A stretch of 10,305 nucleotides of DNA, from NCBI GenBank assembly GCA_965233585.1, contig CBDDTI010000197.1:1-10305 (forward strand), given 5' to 3'. The notes beneath the pieces were generated by a model. That model ran no database searches and had not been told where the DNA came from. It saw only the letters and a list, made by a program, of their open reading frames with translations. The translations under genes and the position numbers were made by a program. Source of the stretch: a bacterium. GTDB lineage: Bacteria > SAR324 > NAC60-12. Shown here one piece after another: positions 9,389-10,305 of the stretch; positions within the stretch are counted from its first letter, which is position 1, and each line of letters opens with the position of its first letter.

Positions 9389-10205
9389 GGTCCACAAGTC
9401 TACATGTCCACAGGTCCACAGGTCCACAGGTCCACAGGTCCACAGGTCCACAGGTCCACAGGTCCACAGGTCCACATTACTTCATATTAGTGAATGTCTT
9501 CAGTCCACAAGTCCACAGGTCCACAGGTCCACAGGTCCACACTACTTCATCTAAGTGAATGTCTTCAGTCCACAAGTCCACAGGTCCACAGGTCCACAGG
9601 TCCACAGGTGCACAGGTCCACATTACTTCATATAAGTGAATGTCTTCAGTCCACAAGTCCACAGGTCCACAGGTCCACAGGTCCACACTACTTCATCTAA
9701 GTGAATGTCTTCAGTCCACAAGTCCACAGGTCCACAGGTCCACAAGTCCACAGGTCCACAGGTCCACAGGTCCACAGGTCCACAGGTCCACAAGTCCACA
9801 GGTCCACAGGTCCACAGGTCCACATTACTTCATATAAGTGAATGTCTTCAGTCCACAAGTCCACAGGTCCACAGGTCTACAGGTCCACAGGTCCACAGGT
9901 CCACATTACTTCATATAAGTGAATGTCTTCAGTCCACAAGTCCACAGGTCCACAGGTCCACAGGTCCACAGGTCCACAAGTCCACAGGTCCACAGGTCCA
10001 CACTACTTCATATAAGTGAATGTCTTCAGTCCACAAGTCCACAGGTCCACAGGTCCACAGGTCCACAGGTCCACAGGTCCACAGGTCCACAGGTCCACAG
10101 GTCCACAGGTCCACAGGTCCACATTACTTCATATAAGTGAATGTTTTCAATCCACAGGTCCACACTACGTCATATAAGAGAATGTCTAAAGTCCACAGGT
10201 CCACA
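9389..10205. repeat. Composite minisatellite: (GGTCCACA)n runs punctuated by nine 25-bp units
   Basis: 25-mer YTACTTCATATAAGTGAATGTCTTC starts at 9477, 9542, 9623, 9688, 9825, 9906, 10003, 10124 and 10165. The 8-mer runs have 11, 5, 7, 5, 14, 7, 9, 12, 2 and 2 copies. Confidence 0.98.
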
Positions 10206-10259
10206 GAATGACAGTTCGGCGGGTACATGTATCCCAGGCTCTTTTGGGCCAGTTCAAAC

Positions 10260-10305
10260 ATGGCGACAAAAAGCCAAGAAGTTGACAATAATTATTCAGG
10301 TCAGC
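10260..10305 (+). CDS. Possible start of a coding first exon running off the window
   Basis: AAACATGGCG start context and an open frame MATKSQEVDNNYSGQ to the window end. Too short to identify. Confidence 0.2.
   Translation, partial: MATKSQEVDNNYSGQ

Noticed and set aside
9477..10140. Repetitive ORFs (STGPQVHR / DLWTCGPV repeats)
   Set aside because: The 8-mer has no stop codon in any frame on either strand, so these ORFs are automatic by-products.
9477..10189. CRISPR array
   Set aside because: The spacers are not unique; they are 16-112 bp runs of one 8-mer. There are no cas genes, and the context is eukaryotic (SINE, spliceosomal intron).

Overview
AT-rich eukaryotic DNA with no intact long ORF. 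The repeat families look like those of stony corals or other anthozoans; this is recognition from memory, not a database result. The window is mostly mobile-element relics: (i) a full-length tRNA-derived SINE (916-1198) that splits a tiny inverted-repeat element, both lying inside an AAAACCG-rich element; (ii) a 5'-truncated LINE 3' end (about 4655-4948); (iii) a MITE with about 52-bp TIRs nested in another MITE-like repeat (5378-5917); (iv) a roughly 900-bp fold-back (8344-9240) of two inverted copies of an intron-containing, inactivated THAP zinc-finger exon pair, probably a transposase N-terminus; (v) a composite minisatellite (9389-10205) of nine 25-bp hairpin-forming units separated by variable whole-number runs of an 8-mer, CRISPR-like in layout but not CRISPR. 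Several well-formed but mostly non-coding exon-like segments hint at a decayed gene or lncRNA. The ORFs in the track are mostly by-products of these repeats.
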